From positions 1,830,001 to 1,862,000 of the forward strand of contig NZ_CP011304.1 in NCBI RefSeq assembly GCF_000981785.2: 32,000 nucleotides of DNA, given 5' to 3'. Origin of the DNA: Microcystis aeruginosa NIES-2549 (lineage in GTDB: Bacteria > Cyanobacteriota > Cyanobacteriia > Cyanobacteriales > Microcystaceae). This document shows, piece by piece, positions 17,399 through 25,403 of the stretch. A program made the position numbers and the translations under genes. The notes beneath the pieces were generated by a model that was not told the origin of the DNA, ran no database searches, and saw only the letters and a program-made list of their open reading frames with translations. Each line of letters begins with the position of its first letter. The stretch's first letter is position 1.

Positions 17399-17618
17399 TG
17401 GTTGAGGATGGTTGTTGATGGCATACAGCAGTTACTTTATTCCTCTGGTACAGCCAATTCCTTATTGGATAAACCTTTCAGGGTGGAGAATTTACCAGAA
17501 CAAACATGAATCCGCCGTAACGATATTATAACTACAGTGTAATCATTGATCTTATCGGATAAATTAGCCGTCAAGGAGAATAATAACGTTAGTGCGATAT
17601 CGATAATAATTATAATGA

Positions 17619-17664
17619 GATTTTGTCGGGTGCGTTCCCTGCTGCAACGACAGGGAACGCACCC
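17619..17664 (+). repeat. Hairpin repeat family H, copy B (perfect 14-bp stem)
   Basis: GATTTTGTC GGGTGCGTTCCCTG CTGCAACGA CAGGGAACGCACCC. Confidence 0.9.
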
Positions 17665-17792
17665 TATGCCATTTTTCTTTATTCGTGGCAGACATCTTAC
17701 TCCCATTTTCTTTTCTAGAATAGGGTTTGAGGTTGGAGGCAATTAACCATCTCTGCCATTACTTTAGAAAAATGGTATTAGCAAGGTCCTAT

Positions 17793-18494
17793 TCACGTTT
17801 CATCAGGATTATCTTCTATATTGTTGACTTTCGTTAATTGTGGAAAAATATCTCGTACTGACTTTTCAAATTTTTTGTAGGAAGATAAGGATTCTAATTT
17901 CGACAATGGGATTTTTGTACCAATCTGTGAATATAAATCGTCAATTTTTAGTTTATTTCGATAGCGTTTAGTAATACCTTCTCTGGCTTTATTGATGGCA
18001 TTTTTAATCGTTTCTTTCGGATTGCTAAAAGATTCGGGATCTTTATCGATTGCTAACTCACTATCACTTTTCTTTGTACACAATTCTTTTTTTAGTAATT
18101 CTTTGTCTGCTAATATCCAGGCTTCAGTCATTTGTATTGGAACGATAGCAACTAAATTTTTACATAAGTCTCGCTCGTCTGATTTAATAGCATTAAAAGC
18201 CGGATCAATTCTTTCCTTAAATGCGTTTTCATCTGTTTTATCATCTGCGTCTGCATGGAAGCACAAAACCATTGCTCCCTTCTCCACCGCTTGAATTGCG
18301 TATTTTTTAGCTTTTTCTCGGATATTTTCGCCAGAGATTTGTGGAAGACAAATTGGGTCAAAAATTTCTATTTCTTGTTCATCGTCAAAAGCAACTCTCT
18401 CGAAAGTGCGCTGAATAATATTCGTTAAAAATCTATGATCGGAACTGCCTTCTGTAGCTAAGGCAATAATTATTTGTTTGATTTTTTTTGCCAT
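17793..18494 (-). CDS. DUF4276-like / TOPRIM-like protein, partner of the upstream ABC ATPase
   Basis: 233 aa. It has acidic motifs spaced as in TOPRIM/DUF4276: IIIALATEGSSD, LCFHADADD, PIQMTEAWILAD. Its start lies 10 nt after the ATPase stop. Confidence 0.7.
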   Translation of the reverse strand: MAKKIKQIIIALATEGSSDHRFLTNIIQRTFERVAFDDEQEIEIFDPICLPQISGENIREKAKKYAIQAVEKGAMVLCFHADADDKTDENAFKERIDPAFNAIKSDERDLCKNLVAIVPIQMTEAWILADKELLKKELCTKKSDSELAIDKDPESFSNPKETIKNAINKAREGITKRYRNKLKIDDLYSQIGTKIPLSKLESLSSYKKFEKSVRDIFPQLTKVNNIEDNPDET

Positions 18495-18504
18495 CTTAAT
18501 TGAT

Positions 18505-19929
18505 TTACATTAATTGGTTTTGTTGATTTTTAATATTTTTAATCGCACTTTCAGCATCAGCAGTTTTTAGATATTCGACAACTTCCGAGAGAGTTAGCTT
18601 GGCCTCATTTTCGGATAAAAATAAGGTTAATTGCTTTTTATTATCTTTGATAACAGGGTGAAAATTACTGCTTTTCATCTTAATTCGCTTCCCTTCAATA
18701 GTGGATATTCGATTGGTAAGTTGAGAAAGCCAAATGCTGACATTTTTATCATCTTGCCAATTAATTAATTGACTCACCAGAACCGGAGAATGAGTGTTCA
18801 CTATTACTTGGCGTAAAGGCATTTCAGTATCTTCAAAATCGACAGTTAGCTCTTTTAATAATCTTGCCATTGCTTCAATACGAAAAGGATGAATGCCATT
18901 TTCTGGCTCTTCAAAACACAGTAATCCTGTGTGTTGTCGGTCGTATTGCAGGACACATAATGTTAATAAACGTAGGGTTCCTTCGGAAAGCACTCTTGAA
19001 GAAAACTCCCGACCATCATCACCTTTTACCTTGATAATAAATTGTCGATTTGCTTTGTCGTCATAAACATTAACTTCTGTAAGATTCGGTAGCAGATTAT
19101 TGAGATCACGGGAAATTGCTGTGAGGGTATATTCATCATCTTGTTTAATGCGAAATAAAGCAGCGGCTAAATTCTTTCCGCTTGCTGTTATTGTATCTCT
19201 GATGCCCATATCTTGACGAGTAGGTTCTCGCAAATCTTCGGGATTAAGCTGCATAAACTTCCAACTCAGCATTTCTTGTTTGGCGGCTAATATATGTTTA
19301 AAATCTATAGTATTAATGCTGCTTAAAACAGTTTGTGATGCGTTTTTTGCGGGAAATACTTTTTTATTTCCTTGTTGACCGTCTTGAGGTACAACAATGG
19401 TAGCAATACCATTAATATCTTCAGTCTTAATATAAGGAATGGCTCTCCTACCCGTTACTTTTGGTCGCCAAGTTTCCAATACTGTCTTAGGAATATAATT
19501 TTTTACCCAATTATCTTCATTGTGCTTTAAATTTTCTAAACGTTCATCAACAATATACAAGTTTTCAAAGCCACTTATATTAGACTCTCGTTTAATTTTT
19601 AATTGATACCGTAATCTTGTATATTTAAGATCGACTTCCCCACCCCAATTATCTTTTACTTTGCGATTGACTAACATTTCCACTATAAATTCCATTTCCG
19701 TGGCGTAGTCGTCCTCATCATATTGGGTAAAAAGTTCGCTAGGATGTCCTCGCTGCTCGCTAAAAGCCGTCTTCAGATCCACTTCTGCCAACCGCGTCAA
19801 CAATTGCAAAGCATCAAATAAATTACTCTTACCAGAAGCATTAACCCCAGCAACTACAGTAAGCGGCGTAAATTCCATTTCAAAATTATGAAAGGATTTA
19901 AAGCCATGAATTTTAATATAAGTAATCAT
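18505..19929 (-). CDS. ABC-type (AAA_15/AAA_21, OLD/RecF-like) ATPase
   Basis: Walker A GVNASGKSNLFDAL, signature-like LSEGTLRLLTL, Walker B LLCFEEPENGIHP, H-loop VIVNTHSP; 474 aa. Confidence 0.85.
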   Translation of the reverse strand: MITYIKIHGFKSFHNFEMEFTPLTVVAGVNASGKSNLFDALQLLTRLAEVDLKTAFSEQRGHPSELFTQYDEDDYATEMEFIVEMLVNRKVKDNWGGEVDLKYTRLRYQLKIKRESNISGFENLYIVDERLENLKHNEDNWVKNYIPKTVLETWRPKVTGRRAIPYIKTEDINGIATIVVPQDGQQGNKKVFPAKNASQTVLSSINTIDFKHILAAKQEMLSWKFMQLNPEDLREPTRQDMGIRDTITASGKNLAAALFRIKQDDEYTLTAISRDLNNLLPNLTEVNVYDDKANRQFIIKVKGDDGREFSSRVLSEGTLRLLTLCVLQYDRQHTGLLCFEEPENGIHPFRIEAMARLLKELTVDFEDTEMPLRQVIVNTHSPVLVSQLINWQDDKNVSIWLSQLTNRISTIEGKRIKMKSSNFHPVIKDNKKQLTLFLSENEAKLTLSEVVEYLKTADAESAIKNIKNQQNQLM

Positions 19930-20060
19930 AGTTTTAGGCGATAAGTAATATTAAAACATCAGCGCAATATTTAACCATACTGGAAAATCTTATCAACTTT
20001 CGCCTGATACTGTCCTACTATAATCTAGACATTGGCTTACAGGGGTAGTGCAATTACGCC

Positions 20061-20113
20061 GATTTTGTCGGGTGCGTTCCCTGCTGCAACGAGGGAGAAC
20101 GCACCTTACCGAT
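20061..20113 (+). repeat. Hairpin repeat family H, copy C
   Basis: GATTTTGTCGGGTGCGTTCCCTGCTGCAACGAGGGAGAACGCACCTTACCGAT. It shares the TTACCGAT tail with copy A, and its stem has one bulge. Confidence 0.85.
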
Positions 20114-20331
20114 CGATTCCTGAGAGTATAGGGTCTTAGTCTAACAAAACCCATAGACAACAGCTTATCTGGCTGACGGCCGACGGCTGACGACCAGAGG
20201 CTAAAAATTAACATTGCAAGAAAACTTAACAATTGGCCAAGAAACTCGATCGAGTAGGTAGAATAGCAAGTAAATCATTTTGTAAACTCCACCCGATTAA
20301 CTAACTAGAATAGAGATAACCCAGAACGCCT

Positions 20332-20862
20332 GTGATAGATAAAAGACGCACTACTCGCGATCTCCCCCAAATTAACGAAAGAATCCGCTTTCCCGAAATC
20401 CGCGTTATCGATAGCGACGGCTCTCAACTGGGAATTATTACTCCTGCCGAAGCTTTGCGCGTGGCCGAAGAAAAGGAACTTGATCTCGTCCTCGTCAGTG
20501 AAACGGCAATTCCTCCCGTTTGCCGGATTATGGACTATGGCAAATACAAGTTTGAACAGGAGAAAAAAGCGCGTGAAGCCAAGAAAAAACAGCATACAGC
20601 CGATATAAAAGAAGTTAAAATGCGCTATAAAATCGATGAGCATGACTACAACGTGCGAGTCAACCAAGCGCAACGTTTTTTAAAAGCGGGAGATAAGGTA
20701 AAAGCGACGATTACCTTCCGAGGTCGAGAAATTCAACACTCTAACCTAGCGGAAGAATTACTGGCTCGCATGGCCAAGGATTTAGAGGATGTAGCTGAGG
20801 TACAGCAAGCACCAAAAAAAGAAGGTCGTAACATGATGATGATGTTATCGCCGAAAAAATAA
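20332..20862 (+). CDS. infC: Translation initiation factor IF-3
   Basis: [32 protein letters not shown], and a C-terminal domain with ITFRGREI. Only non-ATG starts are available (GTG 20332 or ATA 20335) after the in-frame stop at 20317. This is consistent with the unusual infC start codons known elsewhere. Confidence 0.93.
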   Translation: MIDKRRTTRDLPQINERIRFPEIRVIDSDGSQLGIITPAEALRVAEEKELDLVLVSETAIPPVCRIMDYGKYKFEQEKKAREAKKKQHTADIKEVKMRYKIDEHDYNVRVNQAQRFLKAGDKVKATITFRGREIQHSNLAEELLARMAKDLEDVAEVQQAPKKEGRNMMMMLSPKK

Positions 20863-20874
20863 CTAACTAATCCG

Positions 20875-20901
20875 GAAAAAGGGGCTAAGTCCCCTTTTTT
20901 G
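20875..20901 (+). terminator. Rho-independent terminator after infC
   Basis: AAAAAGGGG CTAAGT CCCCTTTTTT. Confidence 0.7.
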
Positions 20902-21057
20902 TTCTTCGGAAATCCCGAAAGGAAACCAATAATCTAAAACAAATGTATTATCCGAGAATTAAGTCTCTGGATTGCAATCACAGGCACTCACAGGGGTTAA
21001 CCTAGGAGCAAAAGACTATTGTGAAGCATAGTCTAAAAATTGATGACCGAGTTTACT

Positions 21058-21199
21058 GGCTCTTCTAGGTTCTGTGTGATAAGTTTAACTCACAATATGA
21101 TCGATCTTTGTGTCCTTTGTGTCTTTGTGGTTCGTTCCACCCCCTCGCTAGGAGGAATGTATCTTAGAATACATTTTACCCACCAAGCCTGGGAGAGCC
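21058..21199 (+). mobile_element. MITE family A, copy 3 (complete)
   Basis: Terminal repeats GGCTCTTCTAGG and CCTGGGAGAGCC. The 7-bp direct repeat GTTTACT lies at 21051-21057 and 21200-21206. The right target duplication ends 1 nt before the stop codon (21208-21210) of the convergent ferredoxin-like gene. Confidence 0.88.
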
Positions 21200-21207
21200 G
21201 TTTACTG

Positions 21208-21501
21208 CTATTGAGCGTGAATGCGTGGATGGAGTAAACGCTCGACCGGTTGACCGTTTTTTAAATGTTCCTCGACAATCTGACTGACATCCTCTGGTTT
21301 AACACGACAGTACCAAGTTTCTTCGGGAATAATTCTCACCGTGGGGCTAGTGCTACACTGTCCTTGACAACCACTGGTCATAACGATGACATCTTCTGGG
21401 AGAGCTGCCGTTTGCCAAGCTAAAAGAAGCTCGGACGCACCCTGCACCGAACAGGAAGAATGCTGACAGACCATCACAAATCGCTTTTGGGGATAAGACA
21501 T
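21208..21501 (-). CDS. Thioredoxin-like [2Fe-2S] ferredoxin-domain protein
   Basis: I start it at ATG 21501 (MSYPQKRFVMVCQHSSC...SGCQGQC). The Cys pattern and length fit thioredoxin-fold 2Fe-2S ferredoxins. Confidence 0.75.
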   Translation of the reverse strand: MSYPQKRFVMVCQHSSCSVQGASELLLAWQTAALPEDVIVMTSGCQGQCSTSPTVRIIPEETWYCRVKPEDVSQIVEEHLKNGQPVERLLHPRIHAQ

Positions 21502-21686
21502 ATTATCAAAAAGTTGCAAAATTAGATAGTTCCCTGGGTATATTCTTGGGAGTCGCTTTGGGGAAGCATAGTTTTATTTTGCCCCGAATCCCCGATACTG
21601 GCAACACAAAAAAAAGGGGCTGAAAATTAACCATCAATCTTTAAAATAGAATTGGGAGAAAAATTTAGTCAATCAAGAGGGTAAAA

Positions 21687-22388
21687 GTGGCATTCGCTAG
21701 TCATTGGGTCATGTTAGGTTTATTACTGGGTTTTGCTGTTGCCCATAGCGGATTAGCCAGTTTACGAATGGGGGGAGAAGCTATCATCGGTGCGCGACTG
21801 TATCGGGTATTATTTGCCCTTGTGAGTATCCCTCTAGCAGTAATTTTAGTAGTTTATTTCTTCAATCATCGTTATGATGGTTGGCTTCTCTGGCAAGTAC
21901 AGGGAGTAACCGGAGTTAAAACCCTAGTTTGGATACTTTCGGCCATTTCTTTTTTCTTTCTCTATCCTGCCACCTTTAACCTGCTGGAGATCGCCGCTAT
22001 CCAAAAACCCCAGGTTCATCTCTACGAAACCGGCATTCTGCGCGTTACCCGTCATCCCCAGATGGTAGGACAGGTGATCTGGTGTATTGCCCATACCCTC
22101 TGGTTAGGGACAAGCTTTACCCTATTAACTTCCCTGGGTTTAATTGCTCATCATCTTTTTGCTGTCTGGCATGGCGATCGCCGGTTAGAAGACCGTTACG
22201 GAGAGGCATTTTTAAAGGTCAAAGAACGCACCTCAGTGGTTCCCTTTTTAGCGATTATCGATGGTCGGCAAAGTCTAAAATGGCAAGAATTCCTTCGTCC
22301 TGCCTATCTAGGAGTAACAGGGTTTATTCTACTCCTCTGGTGGGGTCATCCTTGGCTAATGCAAGCAACAAGTAAAATTTATTGGTGA
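21687..22388 (+). CDS. NnrU-family membrane protein (Z-ISO-related)
   Basis: GTG start, 233 aa, multi-TM. GILRVTRHPQMVGQVIWCIAH and HHLFAVWHGDRRLEDRYGEAF are NnrU-type motifs. Confidence 0.8.
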   Translation: MAFASHWVMLGLLLGFAVAHSGLASLRMGGEAIIGARLYRVLFALVSIPLAVILVVYFFNHRYDGWLLWQVQGVTGVKTLVWILSAISFFFLYPATFNLLEIAAIQKPQVHLYETGILRVTRHPQMVGQVIWCIAHTLWLGTSFTLLTSLGLIAHHLFAVWHGDRRLEDRYGEAFLKVKERTSVVPFLAIIDGRQSLKWQEFLRPAYLGVTGFILLLWWGHPWLMQATSKIYW

Positions 22389-22476
22389 TTTTGCTCCCAA
22401 CCCCTTTCCTATTGATCCCGATTGGTGTAGCATGGTTTACATATCAAAATAAAATTTTCATAAAATCCGTTTAGAC

Positions 22477-22818
22477 ATGATCCTATCTGTCAACGAAAAG
22501 AGCTTCCCTAAGCTAGTTTTAGAATCTTCTCGTCCGGTCCTCGTGCATTTTTGGGCTCCCTGGTGTGGTTTATGTCGTTTAATCCAACCCACCCTCTTGT
22601 CTTGGCAAAATGACTGTCAAGGTGCGATTCAATTAGTCGGTGTCAATGCCGATGATAATTTTAAATTAGCTAATAGTTTTCGTCTGCGTAGTCTGCCTAC
22701 TTTAATTCTCTTCGATCAAGGTGTTCCCGTTCATCGTCTGGAGGAAATTCACAGTCGCGAGGAATTGCATCAAACCCTGCGACTAATAGTCAAAAATCAA
22801 ATCCCGCGTTCAGCTTAA
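22477..22818 (+). CDS. Thioredoxin-family protein with a variant WCGLC active site
   Basis: VLVHFWAPWCGLCRLI...LPTLILF; 113 aa. The canonical motif would be WCGPC. Confidence 0.85.
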   Translation: MILSVNEKSFPKLVLESSRPVLVHFWAPWCGLCRLIQPTLLSWQNDCQGAIQLVGVNADDNFKLANSFRLRSLPTLILFDQGVPVHRLEEIHSREELHQTLRLIVKNQIPRSA

Positions 22819-22840
22819 GAGAAAGATACCTTTTCTGATG

Positions 22841-22975
22841 GGTTCTGTGGTTAAAATGTATTCTGAGATACGGTAACGCCGGTGGGCGAGTGGAACGAAC
22901 CACAGAGATACAAAGGACACAAAGATCGATCGCTCCTATATCAATTAAACTTATCACACAAAGAATAAGAGAGCC
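22841..22975 (-). mobile_element. MITE family A, copy 4 (one terminal repeat degenerate)
   Basis: It shares the family core in inverted orientation. It is flanked by the direct repeat TCTGATG(GG) at 22834-22840(42) and 22976-22982(84). The left end lacks the GGCTCT terminal repeat. Confidence 0.75.
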
Positions 22976-23081
22976 TCTGATGGGACTGGCAGAGATAATA
23001 TAATAGGGCAAAAAGTAGATAATCCCAATTCCTAAAACTCCCATAGTTCCCCCAGTTCAAAAAATTAGGAGGCTTAAAAAA

Positions 23082-23738
23082 ATGCCGATTGGTGTGGCTG
23101 AATTTGTCGAAAATCAGGAAAATCGCTGTCCTGTGGTACTACTACTAGATACCTCTGGTTCAATGCAAGGGGAACCGATTAAGGCTCTCAATGATGGCAT
23201 CAAAACCTTTCAGGAGGATGTGATGCGGGATACCCAAGCGACGTTGAGCGTAGAAACCGCCATTGTCACCTTTGGTAAGGGAGGGGTTAAAACCGTGCAA
23301 GATTTTGTCGGGATTGACCAATTTACGCCACCTACTTTAAGCGCAGGAGACTTAACCCCGATGGGAGAAGCGATTGAATTGGCCTTAGATTTAATCGAAG
23401 ATCGTAAAGCGATTTATAGAAATAATGGTATCCAATATTATCGCCCCTGGATATTTTTAATTACTGATGGTGCGCCTACGGATCAATGGAATCTGGCAGC
23501 GCAACGGGTAAAACAAGCAGAAGCAGAAAATCGGGTTTTATTTTTTTCTGTAGGTGTTCAGGGGGCCGATATGGAGAAGCTCAAACAGATTTCTAATAAA
23601 CCCCCTGTGTTACTCAATGGTTTAGATTTTCGGGAATTATTTCAGTGGTTAAGTAACTCAATGAAACGAGTTTCTGGTGGTAAAATTGGAGCGGCGATCG
23701 CTTTACCACCAGTGAATTGGGGACAAATTACCACCTAG
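23082..23738 (+). CDS. von Willebrand factor A (TerY-like) protein
   Basis: MIDAS motif VVLLLDTSGSMQG, a later LTPMGEAI, and WIFLITDGAPTD; 218 aa with no signal peptide. Confidence 0.85.
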   Translation: MPIGVAEFVENQENRCPVVLLLDTSGSMQGEPIKALNDGIKTFQEDVMRDTQATLSVETAIVTFGKGGVKTVQDFVGIDQFTPPTLSAGDLTPMGEAIELALDLIEDRKAIYRNNGIQYYRPWIFLITDGAPTDQWNLAAQRVKQAEAENRVLFFSVGVQGADMEKLKQISNKPPVLLNGLDFRELFQWLSNSMKRVSGGKIGAAIALPPVNWGQITT

Positions 23739-23748
23739 AGGAAAGTCA

Positions 23749-24510
23749 ATGATGTGGAGAACATTATGTCAGTCAGTGGTCGGTAGTTTTCACGTCCAAA
23801 CGGGATTACCCTGTCAAGATTACGGTGATTATAAATTATTGGGTCAGGATGTTTTGATTGGAGCCGTGGCCGATGGGGCCGGTAGTGCCAAACATTCGGA
23901 TTTAGGGGCGAAAATAACAGTTAAAGCAGCGCTGCAATTTTTAGAGTATAAGCTCAAAAAAACAGCATTAGCTGCCACTGGAACTGAAGCGGAATTAAAG
24001 GAAATATTCCGGCGACTGTTGGCTTATGTTCAGCAAATTCTCCAAGAAGAAGCCGAAAAAGAACAGTTAGACATTAATGATCTGGCGACAACTTTACTGG
24101 TTGTTTTGGTTACTTCAAAACGATTAGCGGCGATGCAGATAGGAGATGGTTTTATTGTGTTCAAACCTCTGGGAGGAAATTATCAGTTATTGTTTCAGCC
24201 TGACAAGGGTGAATACATCAATGAAACCACTTTTGTTACTTCTAGTAATGCTTTGGAGGATATGCAAATAAAAGTTTTAACCGAGCCAGTTGCCTTTATT
24301 TGTGTGGCGACGGATGGAGTGGAAAAGGTATCGATCGATTATAAAAATTGGCAGCCTTTTCCTCCTTTTTTTCAGCCATTAGAGGAATATTTACAACAGA
24401 CAGAAACGCCATTGCAAGAAGACCTCAAAGAATTTTTAAAGCGGGAGGATTTAAATAAGTTAACAACCGATGATAAAACCTTACTCCTAGCTTTTTGTTT
24501 AAGAAACTGA
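23749..24510 (+). CDS. PP2C-family (PP2C_2-like) protein phosphatase
   Basis: GSFHVQTGLPCQDYG...GAVADGAGSAKHSDLGA...MQIGDGFIV...VATDGV. The start is 10 nt after the vWA stop with AGGAAAG between them. Confidence 0.8.
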   Translation: MMWRTLCQSVVGSFHVQTGLPCQDYGDYKLLGQDVLIGAVADGAGSAKHSDLGAKITVKAALQFLEYKLKKTALAATGTEAELKEIFRRLLAYVQQILQEEAEKEQLDINDLATTLLVVLVTSKRLAAMQIGDGFIVFKPLGGNYQLLFQPDKGEYINETTFVTSSNALEDMQIKVLTEPVAFICVATDGVEKVSIDYKNWQPFPPFFQPLEEYLQQTETPLQEDLKEFLKREDLNKLTTDDKTLLLAFCLRN

Positions 24511-24518
24511 GGGGTTTA

Positions 24519-24551
24519 AGAAACCGGGTTTGTTTGACAAACCCGGTTTCT
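24519..24551 (+). terminator. Strong stem-loop after the PP2C gene
   Basis: Perfect 14-bp stem AGAAACCGGGTTTG / CAAACCCGGTTTCT with a 5-nt loop, 8 nt after the stop. There is no long U-tract. Confidence 0.55.
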
Positions 24552-24599
24552 GGCTCTGGTTCAACCCAACCTATGATAAGACTATGGACTAAGTAAATC

Positions 24600-24911
24600 A
24601 TGAAAATTGACGAATTACTCAAAAACAAACGAGAAAAAATTATTGCTATTGCGGCTAAACACGGCGCAAATAACGTGCGAATTTTTGGTTCTGTTGCACG
24701 GGGAGAAGCTGACGAAAAAAGCGATATTGATTTATTAATTGATTATTGTAGCGAACGTCGGAGTCCCTGGTTTCCCTTGCCGTTAATTCGAGAACTCGAA
24801 GCCTTGTTAGGCTGTAAAGTTGATATTGTTACCGAACAGGGACTTAAAGATAGAATCAGAGAGCGGGTACTAAAAGAAGCAATACCCATCGCTCTAATAA
24901 AACTCGTATAA
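24600..24911 (+). CDS. MNT-type nucleotidyltransferase (orphan; no HepT partner follows)
   Basis: RIFGSVARGEADEKSDIDLLIDY; 103 aa. Confidence 0.85.
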   Translation: MKIDELLKNKREKIIAIAAKHGANNVRIFGSVARGEADEKSDIDLLIDYCSERRSPWFPLPLIRELEALLGCKVDIVTEQGLKDRIRERVLKEAIPIALIKLV

Positions 24912-24935
24912 TCTCAATGAGAAAGGCAAACAATC

Positions 24936-25325
24936 GTGAGCAAAAAATCTATCAAAAGCTACTTGAAGAGAATTGATGCGATGACGGATGAGAATATCGA
25001 TTATTCTGATATTCCGCCATTAGGTGATGAATTCCTTACCCAAGAAACAGTATCTTTTTCGACATCAAAGCAGCAATTAACTATACAACCTATGGCAGAT
25101 TTAATCGTCCGCAATATCGATGAAGCCATCGTCAAAGCTCTCAAAAAGCGAGCCAGCCAACACGGGATCAGTGCCGAAGCCGAACACCGCCAAATCTTAG
25201 AAAAAGCCTTGCTGCAACCGCAACGAAAATCCCTAGCAGAGGTGCTACGCCAGATTCCCAACGTTGGCAACGATTCAGACTTTGATCGCGTTCAAGATGA
25301 CACAGCCAAACCAGTATTTGATTGA
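24936..25325 (+). CDS. Ribbon-helix-helix (FitA/VapB-like) antitoxin, possibly with a BrnA/DUF4415-like N-terminal extension
   Basis: The C-terminal 78 aa from ATG 25092 (MADLIVRNIDEAIVKALKKRASQHGISAEAEHRQILEKAL) look like a FitA/VapB-type RHH antitoxin. The upstream in-frame part from GTG 24936 contains MTDENIDYSDIPPLGDEF, which is reminiscent of BrnA/DUF4415. Which start is used is unclear. Confidence 0.6.
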   Translation: MSKKSIKSYLKRIDAMTDENIDYSDIPPLGDEFLTQETVSFSTSKQQLTIQPMADLIVRNIDEAIVKALKKRASQHGISAEAEHRQILEKALLQPQRKSLAEVLRQIPNVGNDSDFDRVQDDTAKPVFD

Positions 25326-25373
25326 TACTAAGTAGGTAGGCGTTAAAAATTATCAGACACCCCCGTTATCAAG

Positions 25374-25403
25374 GGTAGGGTTGATTCATGAATCAACCCT
25401 ACC
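25374..25403. repeat. Perfect 30-bp palindrome
   Basis: GGTAGGGTTGATTCA|TGAATCAACCCTACC was checked base by base. It is flanked by TTATCAAGG at 25366-25374 and 25404-25412. Confidence 0.95.

Noticed and set aside
17510-17522. 13-mer ATCCGCCGTAACG shared with 27678-27690
   Set aside because: In a 32-kb window on both strands, several exact 13-mer coincidences are expected by chance. There is no extended similarity around it.
17437-17746. ORFs 17437..17742 (-) and 17546..17746 (+), plus 19993..20232 (-)
   Set aside because: They span hairpin repeat copies B and C, with recurring RCSRERTRQN-type translation. They have no SD and no family resemblance.
12935-20113. Hairpin repeats as a CRISPR array or integron attC sites
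   Set aside because: There are only three copies, kilobases apart, with genes (not short spacers) between them and no cas genes. The sequence lacks the RYYYAAC/GTTRRRY attC core and no integrase is present.
12919-20331. Absence of GCGATCGC (HIP1) sites from the island as evidence of foreign origin
   Set aside because: I count only about 7 full HIP1 sites in the whole window (for example 1944, 2145, 7951, 12637, 22184, 23695, 28441). Zero in 7.4 kb is therefore not statistically meaningful.
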